From: Oscillospiraceae bacterium
GTDB taxonomy: Bacteria > Bacillota > Clostridia > Oscillospirales > Oscillospiraceae
Direction: 5' to 3'
Length of the DNA stretch: 64,000 nt
Assembly: GCA_015067635.1 (NCBI GenBank)
Contig: SVMA01000001.1
Span: 26,913 to 90,912 of the forward strand
The stretch's first letter is position 1; every line of letters starts with the position of its first letter. The notes beneath the pieces were generated by a model. The model saw only the letters and a program-made list of their open reading frames with translations. It made no database searches and was not told where the DNA came from. Position numbers and translations under genes: made by a program. Shown here piece after piece: positions 55,369 to 64,000 of this stretch.

Positions 55369-56630
55369 GCACGCTCTCCTTTCAGGAAGAAGCTGGAGTG
55401 ATACTGCAATGTACGGGCGGCAGAAGAAACCTCCTCCACCGTCACCGCAGATACCGCCTCGGTATACTGCTTCAGGTTCAGGCGGATTCCGCTGAGAGCC
55501 GCCACTGCATAATAGTTTTCAATGGCACCGGGGGAATCGTGAATGGTGGACAAAGAGGAAAGCAGTGCCTCTTTGGCGGCAGTCAATTCCTGCCGGGATA
55601 TACTTCCCTGCCGGCAAGCCTCCAGCTGGGAAAGTATCTCTTCCCGTACCACCGCTTCCTTATCCGCATCGATACCGGCAGACACCGTCATAATTCCCTT
55701 GGAACCATAGTAGCCGGAATATACTGAGTAGCACAGCGACAGCTTTTCCCGCACATTCATAAACAGCTTGCTGGTCATACCCCCGCCAAACACGGTGTTG
55801 AGCACCTGCATGGCGGCAAATTGAGGCGCGGTGTTGGTGATAGGGGTAAGAAAGCCCATGCACAGCTTAGCCTGCGTTACATCCATGGTTTCTGTCACGT
55901 GCGCTCCTGTTCCACCGGAAAATGCAGTTTGGGGATTGCGCTCCCGTATCTGATGGGGAAGCTTTTCCAACAGCTTCTGTAGCAGCTGTGCCACCTGTTC
56001 CGGCTCTGCGCTGCCCACATAGAACAGCTCCACCGGACTTTCCGCCAGAATTTTTCTGTAATGGCTGTACAGGCTTTGGGCGGTAATGGCCTGTACCTCC
56101 TCCGCTTCTCCCAGTCGGGGCAAACCGAAGGAATCCCCCTTACACATGATCTTCAGCAGTTTTCCCGCCGCATACACCCGCTTATCGTTGATTTCCGACG
56201 CGATCGTGGAGATCAGATTCTTCTTTTCACTTTCCACATAATCCGGCAGAAACATTCCCTTTTCCGTCAGGGGATCAAACAGCAATTCTCCTGCAAATTC
56301 CAGCATGGGCCGCAGAATTTCATCTCCGTCCAGAGCAAGCCGGTCTTCCATGAAGCTGCAATACAGTCCGGTGGTTTGATAATCGCCGATGCGGCGCACC
56401 AATGCACTGACAGCCGCACCGTACAGATCGTCCAGCTTCAGCGTAATTGCCTGCAGGTCCGGATACCGGACACTGCCCCGCAGCAGCACCGCCGGAAGCA
56501 GTGCATTACATGCCGCTTCCCCTTTGTCCATGGGTCTTACAAATTGTATACTGAATGCACCCTGCTTGAACCGGCTGTCGCGCACACAGTGCAGCCGAAT
56601 CCCGGGCAGCAAAAATCTTGTTTCGATCAT
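55365..56630 (-). CDS. ymfF: M16 peptidase-like inactive subunit (YmfF-like)
   Basis: SKLFMNVREKLSLCY, no HxxEH, coupled to ymfH. Confidence 0.85.
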   Translation of the reverse strand: MIETRFLLPGIRLHCVRDSRFKQGAFSIQFVRPMDKGEAACNALLPAVLLRGSVRYPDLQAITLKLDDLYGAAVSALVRRIGDYQTTGLYCSFMEDRLALDGDEILRPMLEFAGELLFDPLTEKGMFLPDYVESEKKNLISTIASEINDKRVYAAGKLLKIMCKGDSFGLPRLGEAEEVQAITAQSLYSHYRKILAESPVELFYVGSAEPEQVAQLLQKLLEKLPHQIRERNPQTAFSGGTGAHVTETMDVTQAKLCMGFLTPITNTAPQFAAMQVLNTVFGGGMTSKLFMNVREKLSLCYSVYSGYYGSKGIMTVSAGIDADKEAVVREEILSQLEACRQGSISRQELTAAKEALLSSLSTIHDSPGAIENYYAVAALSGIRLNLKQYTEAVSAVTVEEVSSAARTLQYHSSFFLKGERA

Positions 56631-56780
56631 TGGCAGCTCCTTTTTTCATCGTGTCCCTATTATATACCAGTTTTCTTAAAATAGGAAGCCCCGACGGAAA
56701 ATTTCATATCTTTCCGGTTGCGATTTTTTCCAAAATGGAGTACAATGATAAAAAGCACCGTTTTTCAGGAGGATTTTCCA

Positions 56781-57719
56781 ATGGCATGGTTGGAAATTAC
56801 CGTCCGCACCACGTCGGACTCCATTGAGGAAACTGCCGCAGCTCTGACTGCCGCCGGTTTTCAGGAGCTGGTGCTGGAAGACCAAACACAATTTGAAGAT
56901 TTTTTAGAGCAGAACAAGGCCTGTTGGGACTACATCGATGAAGATTTACAGCAGCAGCTGCAGGGGCTTTCCCACATCAAACTGTATCTGCAGTCTTCTC
57001 AGGAAGCCGAGCTGTCCCGGCTCAAGGCTTTTGCGGAAGAAAGAAATCTCCTTCTCCAGACAGATATCCTGCCGGAAACTGACTGGGAAAACAGCTGGCA
57101 GGAGCATTATCCTGCGGTGGAAGTGGGAGAAAAGCTGATCGTTTTGCCCTATTGGCTGGCCGACTCCGATCATAGCGGACGGTTGCCTGTGATTTTGGAT
57201 CCGGGTCTGACCTTCGGCACCGGAGCCCATCCCTCTACCCAGATGGTCATGGAGGCCATGGAACAGTTGGTGACCCTTGACAGCCGTTGTCTGGATCTGG
57301 GAAGCGGAAGCGGTATTTTGTCCGTTACCGCCCTGCGTCTGGGGGCCAAAAATGCCATCGGCGTGGACATTGACCCAAAGGCGGAATCCATCGCCCGGGA
57401 AAATGCCGCATACAATGGTTTTTCCGCCCCTGCCTTCACCGCCTGCACCGGCGACGTCACCGGAGATAAAGCGCTCATGGAGCGTCTGTCGGATAACTGC
57501 TATGATTTGGTGCTGGTGAACATCGTTGCCGATGTGATCATCCATTTGGCTCCGGTGCTTCCCAAATTGTTGACAAAAGAAAGCACACTTATTTGCTCCG
57601 GTATTTTAGACACACGGTTGGAGGACGTCATCCATGCCCTCACCCGGGCCGGACTGACGGTGCTTCAAACCAAAGCCAAGGAGGATTGGCGCTGTATCAT
57701 CGCCAAAAACGTACTATGA
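56781..57719 (+). CDS. prmA: Ribosomal protein L11 methyltransferase
   Basis: DPGLTFGTGAHPST, LDLGSGSGIL, NIVAD, SGI; AGGAGG SD. Confidence 0.94.
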   Translation: MAWLEITVRTTSDSIEETAAALTAAGFQELVLEDQTQFEDFLEQNKACWDYIDEDLQQQLQGLSHIKLYLQSSQEAELSRLKAFAEERNLLLQTDILPETDWENSWQEHYPAVEVGEKLIVLPYWLADSDHSGRLPVILDPGLTFGTGAHPSTQMVMEAMEQLVTLDSRCLDLGSGSGILSVTALRLGAKNAIGVDIDPKAESIARENAAYNGFSAPAFTACTGDVTGDKALMERLSDNCYDLVLVNIVADVIIHLAPVLPKLLTKESTLICSGILDTRLEDVIHALTRAGLTVLQTKAKEDWRCIIAKNVL

Positions 57720-58768
57720 TAACCGTTCCCTACCGTTACCGCCGCGGATTGCAGCGCTTTTTCATCTCTTTGAGCGTTGTTTTTCTGCTGGGTGTCCTTG
57801 CCATCGGTGCCTGGATGCTTTGGCTGAGCCGCTATGTAATTTACACAGAGGATGGCGCCAAACTTGATTTCAATCTCTCCTTCGACTATTCCCAGGGAGA
57901 GCCGGCGCAAACCCCCACCCAGGGAGCCAGTCTGCCGCTGATCTACGGCAACACCGATGATTTGCTGAACCCTCAATCCTCTGAGCCGATCCAGCTCAAC
58001 GGTGTGGTTGTTACAGAAGAAATGCTCACCAATGATCTGGCGGCGGTGGAATCTGCGCTGACTGCGCTGCCCACCACCACGCCCATTCTCATGGACATGA
58101 AGAGTATCCGCGGTGAATATTTTTACACCTCCGCCATCGGACGGACGGCAGAAACTGTGGACACCTCCTCTGTCACCCGACTGATTCTGGATTTGAAGGC
58201 CGAGGACCGTTATCTGATTGCCCGAATCCCCGCCTTCCGGGAATACTGGTTTTTCATGGAGGATCAAAGCTCCCGCGTGCCCTACGGTCTTCCGAAATCC
58301 TCCGGAAGCGGTGCGCTTTGGGAGGATAAAAGCGTACCGAAACAGCTCCATTACTGGCTGAATCCCGCCTCCACCGGCACGCTGGATCATTTGGTGCAGA
58401 TCATCACCGAATTGCGTAATTTGGGTTTTGATGAGGTGGTGCTGGAGGATTTCCGTTTCCCCTATACTGATGGCATCCGGTTCACCGGCGACAAGGAAGA
58501 GTCTTTGAATGAAGCCGCCAAAACCCTGTCTGTCGCCTGCACCAACGAGCATTTTGTCTTATCCTTTGTTAATCGCAATATCGCACTTCCGGAGGGTCGT
58601 TGCCGGATATATGTAACGGATGTGGTCGCAGCGGATATCCCCGAACTGGTTGCCGGTCTGAGTTTGGAAAAACCCCAAAGCCAACTGGTGTTTTTAACGG
58701 ATCTGATGGATACGCGCTACGATGCTTACAGCGTCCTGCGTCCTCTTGAAATCCCCTCTGTTTCCTGA
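57716..58768 (+). CDS. Membrane-anchored putative glycoside hydrolase (DUF4015-like)
   Basis: N-terminal TM, YLIARI.AF, WLNP, LGFDEV...FRFP; ATGA overlap with prmA. Confidence 0.65.
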   Translation: MITVPYRYRRGLQRFFISLSVVFLLGVLAIGAWMLWLSRYVIYTEDGAKLDFNLSFDYSQGEPAQTPTQGASLPLIYGNTDDLLNPQSSEPIQLNGVVVTEEMLTNDLAAVESALTALPTTTPILMDMKSIRGEYFYTSAIGRTAETVDTSSVTRLILDLKAEDRYLIARIPAFREYWFFMEDQSSRVPYGLPKSSGSGALWEDKSVPKQLHYWLNPASTGTLDHLVQIITELRNLGFDEVVLEDFRFPYTDGIRFTGDKEESLNEAAKTLSVACTNEHFVLSFVNRNIALPEGRCRIYVTDVVAADIPELVAGLSLEKPQSQLVFLTDLMDTRYDAYSVLRPLEIPSVS

Positions 58769-58776
58769 AAAATATG

Positions 58777-58805
58777 TGCAGGGACGGCTGCTTGCCGTCC
58801 CTGCA
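58777..58805. terminator. Hairpin between convergent units
   Basis: TGCAGGGACGGC-TGCTT-GCCGTCCCTGCA. Confidence 0.7.
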
Positions 58806-58814
58806 ATGTTATCC

Positions 58815-58925
58815 TCAATTTTCTCTTCGCTGTTCCAGGTGACCGGATTGGATCACGGGAGGCTTTGGGTCTGTCATCTCCCAGGGAATGGGCTTGGGTT
58901 GTTCCTGTTTTTCTTCCTTTTTCAC
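58815..58925 (-). CDS. Putative 36-aa peptide
   Basis: GAGGTGA SD before GTG; (M)KKEEKQEQPKPIPWEMTDPKPPVIQSGHLEQRREN; stop just before hairpin. Confidence 0.4.
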   Translation of the reverse strand: MKKEEKQEQPKPIPWEMTDPKPPVIQSGHLEQRREN

Positions 58926-59001
58926 AATCTCACCTCGGCAATATTCTTTGCCGCGACATAAAAAATATGTACCCGAAGCTTTCCCTTCGGGTACATTTTC
59001 T

Positions 59002-61065
59002 TTATATGGCAAACAGCAAACGAATCGCCCATTGTATATACCAGGGCTTTTGCTTCACCTGTTCACTCAGCGCCACCAATGCGGTTTCCATTTCCTGCAG
59101 CTCTTCCTTTGTGATGCGGTGCTGACTGAATTTTGCTTTTTCCGCCAATTCCTTCGTTCGCGATGGAATTTCGCAGCCGAGAATTTTACTGCGGCGAACC
59201 AGAGTACGCCACAGGCACAACGCCCGTTCATTGGGCTTTCCTCCGGAAAGATACCGCCGGTACCACTGACGGCGCAGACGGTACTGTCCCCAAATTACGA
59301 CAATTCCCGCAACCAGCCACAGCACCCAGAAAAACGCAGTCAGATCCAACTGCTCCCGGGGTGCGGCCCCAGGACCTTCCCCGGTTGTATTGCTCTGGCT
59401 TTCCTGACTGGGAGATTGACTGGTCCCCTGTGTTGGCGCAGTCGTTTCTGTGGTGGGCTGGGTGGTTTCAATGGGCTGCGTAGGCTCCGGATTCGTTGTT
59501 GTCGGTTCTGTGGTATGGTCCGGAGTGGACACCGTTCCGTAGCCCGGTGTGGGATCTAAAACCGTCCAACCGGTGGCATCATCGAAGTATTCCACCCACG
59601 CATGGGCCTGATTCTCCGGCACAGCGATTTCCAATCTGCTGCTGGCATCCGCCACGTAGCCCGAGACATATCTGGCAGGAATCCCTGCCGCACGCAGAAG
59701 CACCGTGGCTGTACTGGCAAAGTGGGCACAGTAGCCCCGATCCGCTTCCTGCAAAAACCAAAGGGCAAAATCCCCTTCATCCGCAGGCTTTTCCGACGGT
59801 TCCAGACTGTACGATGCCGATCTGCGCACCAGCCGTCCCAAAAATTCTGCCCTTTCCGTCACATTCTCCGGCAGAACATGGTCTTTCAGGAAATCCGCCA
59901 GAGCGTCCCTGGTTCTTTCGGGCAGCTGAGTATAAAGCAAACGCTCATCCTCTGTAAGCTTGCCGCCGCTGGCTTTTTCATACCAGATAAGGGTATAGCT
60001 TTTCCCCCGTCCCTGATTGGGGTACCGTCCATCCTGAAACTGCAGAGCATATTCCTTTCCCGGGGGTGTGGGCACCAAAAAGTAATCCATTGGCTGAGCC
60101 GTACGGATATTTACCTCTCCGTGGCTCAGCTGGGGTATTCCCCATCCGTTATCCGCGCCGATTCCTGCGGATACCTGCCAGGTACGGCCATCATAGCGGT
60201 CATAGCTCTGTCCGCGCAGATACAGCCGTCCGGTGTACTTGGTTTTTAGCCATAAGGCGGTATGGTAGGATTCGCTTTTTGCCCCCAGCTGATCCAGATA
60301 CACCGCGTTTCCGCCTTCGATAAGTTCCCCGTTTCCTTGTCCCCATTGCTCAAAAAAACCCAGATAGGAGTCGGACAGAGGCTGATATTCCTCCTGCGGG
60401 ATAGCGTGAAACAGCAAGCATGTTGCCAGCATTACAGGAAGCAACAGCCATGCGATCAGCCGGTTGCTCTCCTGTTCATCCCGACGACGCAGGGAATTGG
60501 TAAGCATCAATAAGCCCATGGCAAGTATCAGAAGTATCAGCCAGGGCACAGCCGGCACCGTATCCGCCAAAACCGTGCAGACCAGCAAGGGTGTAAAGCC
60601 CATGAAAACAGCAAAAAATGCCGGTTGCCGCTTGGACACCGTCCAAGAGATTGCAAAGGTGATGAAAAAGGAAGCCACGCACAGTGCTGTTTCCGGTCCT
60701 GTATCCGGCAGTGTTTCGCTCCATTGCACAACACCCCAGCCATAGCCTTCATTATAAGCGGTGGAAACCGTATGCAGCAGTACCTCCAGCGAGTTGCGGA
60801 ACTCCAACAAACCCTTGCCGCCCGACAACCAATCCAGACAGACCGCCGCACCTGCCAAAATCCAGCCCAGCATACCACCAATGGAAAATTGAGAGGTAAC
60901 GCTCCAATAAAGACCTGCTCCCAGAGAAAACAGCAGCAGCCATGCCATATTGACCTGTTCAAAGCCAAAGGCGGTAATCACACAGCCCATGCCGGCAAAG
61001 GAGATCGCCGCAGAAAGCAGCCAGGCTGAAATGCCGGTGAAAATGCGGTTTTTATCCATGCCCAT
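59002..61065 (-). CDS. Membrane transglutaminase-like protein
   Basis: N-terminal TMs; GYCAHFAS, HAWVEY, DPTP Cys-His-Asp triad. Confidence 0.9.
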   Translation of the reverse strand: MGMDKNRIFTGISAWLLSAAISFAGMGCVITAFGFEQVNMAWLLLFSLGAGLYWSVTSQFSIGGMLGWILAGAAVCLDWLSGGKGLLEFRNSLEVLLHTVSTAYNEGYGWGVVQWSETLPDTGPETALCVASFFITFAISWTVSKRQPAFFAVFMGFTPLLVCTVLADTVPAVPWLILLILAMGLLMLTNSLRRRDEQESNRLIAWLLLPVMLATCLLFHAIPQEEYQPLSDSYLGFFEQWGQGNGELIEGGNAVYLDQLGAKSESYHTALWLKTKYTGRLYLRGQSYDRYDGRTWQVSAGIGADNGWGIPQLSHGEVNIRTAQPMDYFLVPTPPGKEYALQFQDGRYPNQGRGKSYTLIWYEKASGGKLTEDERLLYTQLPERTRDALADFLKDHVLPENVTERAEFLGRLVRRSASYSLEPSEKPADEGDFALWFLQEADRGYCAHFASTATVLLRAAGIPARYVSGYVADASSRLEIAVPENQAHAWVEYFDDATGWTVLDPTPGYGTVSTPDHTTEPTTTNPEPTQPIETTQPTTETTAPTQGTSQSPSQESQSNTTGEGPGAAPREQLDLTAFFWVLWLVAGIVVIWGQYRLRRQWYRRYLSGGKPNERALCLWRTLVRRSKILGCEIPSRTKELAEKAKFSQHRITKEELQEMETALVALSEQVKQKPWYIQWAIRLLFAI

Positions 61066-61966
61066 CCCCTCCGATCCGGTACGTCCAAACCCCGGACTGG
61101 GGTATGTCCTGCTCCTGCTCTGCGCCGGAACAGCCTAACAGCTTATCCAGTGCCTGCATCAGCTCCTGCTCACCGGCAATGGGCAAAATCTGAATCCCCG
61201 TACCGGTAACTGCCCCGATTTCATGGGACACATTGTTCATCAGCAATTGTCGGCACGCACCCAACAGGCGGCCAAACTTTTCATCCAGCTGTCCGGCTGT
61301 GCCGGTCAAGCACAGAGAAACCATCGGTCTGCGACCTGCCGGAATCATGGGCTCGCGGATGATGGGCTTTCCGGTTTTGGCAGTCAGCTTCCAATGGATC
61401 TGATTCAACTGATCCCCGGGGCGATACAGCCGCAGTTCATGGTTTTCTGCAAATCCGCCGCCGGGCTTTGGCTTCCACACCACCTGCCGCTGCTGCGCAG
61501 AAACATCCATCTGCACGGGAATTTCCTCCGGACGCACAACCATTTTCCTTACCGGCACTTCTCCGACGGAAATGCGGAACAAGCCCAAATAATCGTAAAC
61601 CCAACCTTTTTTCACCTGACAGATCAGCGTGCCGCAATGCTCCGTAGGCAAAAAATCCCCCAACCGCAGGCAATACTGCTCTGCAGTGAGGGTTCTGGTA
61701 ATATGTATCCGGCAACGAAATACCGGCATTGGAAACCAACAGCGACCGGCAACGTTTACCGCAACGGCTTCTCCCATTGGCACCGCCGCAGGACAGACGA
61801 TCCGCAGCTTCAGTGTCAGCATTCCCGGCAGGCTCAGCAGCAGCGACAGCACCGGAAGGCACAGCAACGCCGCCAGCAACAGCCATCCAAGCCATTCCCG
61901 GTACGCCAGATAGAAAATTCCCATACCCGCCAAAGCAGCGAGGTAACAAATCCAATTTTTTGCCAT
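61052..61966 (-). CDS. DUF58 protein
   Basis: DYLGLF, LRLYRPGD, IHWKLTAKTG. Confidence 0.88.
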   Translation of the reverse strand: MAKNWICYLAALAGMGIFYLAYREWLGWLLLAALLCLPVLSLLLSLPGMLTLKLRIVCPAAVPMGEAVAVNVAGRCWFPMPVFRCRIHITRTLTAEQYCLRLGDFLPTEHCGTLICQVKKGWVYDYLGLFRISVGEVPVRKMVVRPEEIPVQMDVSAQQRQVVWKPKPGGGFAENHELRLYRPGDQLNQIHWKLTAKTGKPIIREPMIPAGRRPMVSLCLTGTAGQLDEKFGRLLGACRQLLMNNVSHEIGAVTGTGIQILPIAGEQELMQALDKLLGCSGAEQEQDIPQSGVWTYRIGGDGHG

Positions 61967-61972
61967 GGCTTA

Positions 61973-62917
61973 TTAAATCTGCGGGGCTGTCACACGAGCC
62001 AGAATATCCGAAAGAATCTGCATAGCTGCCCCATTGCCGTTTCCGGTTTGGGCCTTCAGCAAAAGTCTGTGGGCGACCGTCATGGGAAATACGCTTTGCA
62101 CATCCTGAGGAATCACATAATCCCGTCCCTGGAGCTGCGCCCATGCCTTTGCCATCCGCACCACCATCAAGGTGGCCCGGGGACTTGCACCCTGCAAAAT
62201 ACCGGAATGCCTGCGGGTTGCGTGAATCAGCTGTACCACATACTGCACTACCGGCTCTCCGATGAAGGTTTTTTCCACTTCCTCCTGCATTGCAATCAGC
62301 TGTTCCCGTTTCATAAGCGGTTCCAGGGATGCCATGGGATTACCGGCCTGCCGGTGCATTACCATGGACATTTCCTCTCTGGCTCCGGGGTAACCCAGGC
62401 TCAGACGGATGGCAAACCGGTCCATCTGGCTGTCCGGCAGAAGCTGAGTTCCTGCGGCACCTGTGGGGTTTTGGGTCGCAATGACAACAAACGGCTGGGG
62501 AATGGGATGGGATACCGCATCCACCGTGACCTGCCCCTCCTCCATCGCCTCCAAAAGGGCGGACTGGGTACGGGAGGTTGCCCGGTTCAATTCATCCGCC
62601 AAAAACAGATTGCACAGTACCGCGCCGCTTTGATAGCGCATCTTTCCGGTAGCCGTATCCAAAACGGAGAAGCCGGTAACGTCGGAAGGAAGGACATCCG
62701 GCGTAAACTGCACCCGATTGTAGCTCAGGTCCAGCACCTTGGAAAAAGCCACCGCCATGGTGGTTTTTCCCACACCGGGGATATCCTCTATCAGGATATG
62801 TCCCTTTGCCAAAATGGCAGTCAGCGCCCACGTAAGGGTCTCATCCTTGCCCACGATGACTTTACGGACCTGCGCTAAAACCGCCTGTGCGCTTTGCTTG
62901 ACGATTCCCTGCTCCAT
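61973..62917 (-). CDS. MoxR family AAA+ ATPase
   Basis: EDIPGVGKT, RVQFTPDVLPSD, ADELNR, ATQNP, DRF, ASPRA; start MEQGI. Confidence 0.95.
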   Translation of the reverse strand: MEQGIVKQSAQAVLAQVRKVIVGKDETLTWALTAILAKGHILIEDIPGVGKTTMAVAFSKVLDLSYNRVQFTPDVLPSDVTGFSVLDTATGKMRYQSGAVLCNLFLADELNRATSRTQSALLEAMEEGQVTVDAVSHPIPQPFVVIATQNPTGAAGTQLLPDSQMDRFAIRLSLGYPGAREEMSMVMHRQAGNPMASLEPLMKREQLIAMQEEVEKTFIGEPVVQYVVQLIHATRRHSGILQGASPRATLMVVRMAKAWAQLQGRDYVIPQDVQSVFPMTVAHRLLLKAQTGNGNGAAMQILSDILARVTAPQI

Positions 62918-63113
62918 TTTTCTTCCTCCCGCAATGTTTTCTTTTGTAATATTATAGCTGTTCTCCCTATCCAAGTCAAGGGCTTTCAGGCTTTGTCCGC
63001 CGCGGAGCCGTGGCGGCAAACATTTTCCTTTTCCCAGCGAATTTTTGTTGCAAAATGATAGGAAACAGGGTATGATAGTAATGGATAAATATCACAACAA
63101 AGAGGACTGCTTT

Positions 63114-64000
63114 ATGGATCTGCTCCATGCACAAGAGGAATATACCCAGGCTCTGCGTCTGGGGCAAAAAGAATATAAAGCTTTAACCGCCGCAGGAAAG
63201 GATCCTTATCCGCAGGTGCTGGATGCGCTTTTGGAAGGCCGCAGCGGAGATTCTGTCGTGGAATTGGGTGTTATTGAAGTACCCACAGAGCAGATCGTGG
63301 GCACGAAAGAGGCCGGCCGCACCAGCGCCTTCAGCGCAAGCTTTCTGCCTCTGCTGGGTACAGATACGGAATTTGCCGCCAAATGGATCAACCTTTGCAA
63401 GGCCCATCTCACAGAAGGTATCCGCGATCCGATCCTATGCTACGAATTCTTAGGCAAGCTATATGTGCAGGAGGGCAACAAGCGCGTCAGCGTACTCAAA
63501 CACATGGGCGCTCCCCGTATTCCCAGTATCGTCAAGCGTATTTTGCCGGTACAGGACGGAAGCCCCCGGGTGCTTGCCTATTATGAATTTTTGGATTTTT
63601 ACCGCAATACGGGCATTTATGCCATTCAATTCCGTCAGCCGGGAGATTACGCCAAGCTTTTGTCCCATCTGGGAAAGAGCCCGGAGGATGGCTGGACAGA
63701 GCAGGAAAAACGCACCTTCTCCGCCTATTATCAATACTTCCGGGATGCCTTTGATTCCCTGGACTCCACCGGCTTACAGCTTCTGCCGGAGGAAGCCTTA
63801 CTTTTGTGGCTGCAGGTGTATCCTTATCAGGATTTGGGGCGGCTTCCTGCCCGGGAGCTGAAGAAAACCCTTTCCGCCTTATGGGATGACCTTGTTTCCT
63901 TTTCTCAGCCGGAAACGGCAATGGTCAGCACCGAGCCGGAAACCAAAGGGGGACTTCTCAGCTGGATCACTGCGCCATCCCATATCCGTGTAGCCTTTGT
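63114..64000 (+). CDS. ParB/Srx-like N-terminal domain protein, probably fused to a BMP-type binding domain (runs off window; absent from ORF track)
   Basis: Open frame MDLLHAQEEY...IVGTK.AGR..AF...F.P...EFAAKW...GIRDPI...YVQEGNKRVSV...HIRVAF; GAGGA SD. Confidence 0.75.
   Translation, partial: MDLLHAQEEYTQALRLGQKEYKALTAAGKDPYPQVLDALLEGRSGDSVVELGVIEVPTEQIVGTKEAGRTSAFSASFLPLLGTDTEFAAKWINLCKAHLTEGIRDPILCYEFLGKLYVQEGNKRVSVLKHMGAPRIPSIVKRILPVQDGSPRVLAYYEFLDFYRNTGIYAIQFRQPGDYAKLLSHLGKSPEDGWTEQEKRTFSAYYQYFRDAFDSLDSTGLQLLPEEALLLWLQVYPYQDLGRLPARELKKTLSALWDDLVSFSQPETAMVSTEPETKGGLLSWITAPSHIRVAF

Noticed and set aside
59002-62917. MoxR-DUF58-transglutaminase cluster as a novel system
   Set aside because: Widespread, already described gene triad with no unusual feature here

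Overview
Chromosomal core-genome window from an anaerobic Firmicute. Gene content, Shine-Dalgarno/sigma-A signals, a T-box and REP-like hairpins suggest a gut or rumen Clostridium of the Oscillospiraceae type (inference). It holds about 53 CDS, tRNA-Gly(CCC), a ZMP/ZTP riboswitch ahead of a purE-C-F-M-N-O-J-D-L operon and a Met T-box ahead of metG. No transposase, integrase, phage or CRISPR array is seen. Main points: (1) a compact Wood-Ljungdahl cluster metF-cooC-acsD-acsC::acsE-acsB with an AcsC-AcsE fusion, no CO dehydrogenase (acsA/cooS) and a trailing membrane ORF that has only an ATA start; (2) a probable nucleic-acid scavenging operon (RDD, sugar-type ABC transporter, SNase/OB-fold nuclease lipoprotein, multidomain lipoprotein); (3) a PurF without its catalytic Cys1; (4) a REP-like hairpin inside stem III of the Met T-box; (5) an inverted copy of the tRNA-Gly 3' end; (6) a candidate unannotated sRNA at about 26.36-26.49 kb. 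All family calls come from motif recognition by eye; no searches were run.
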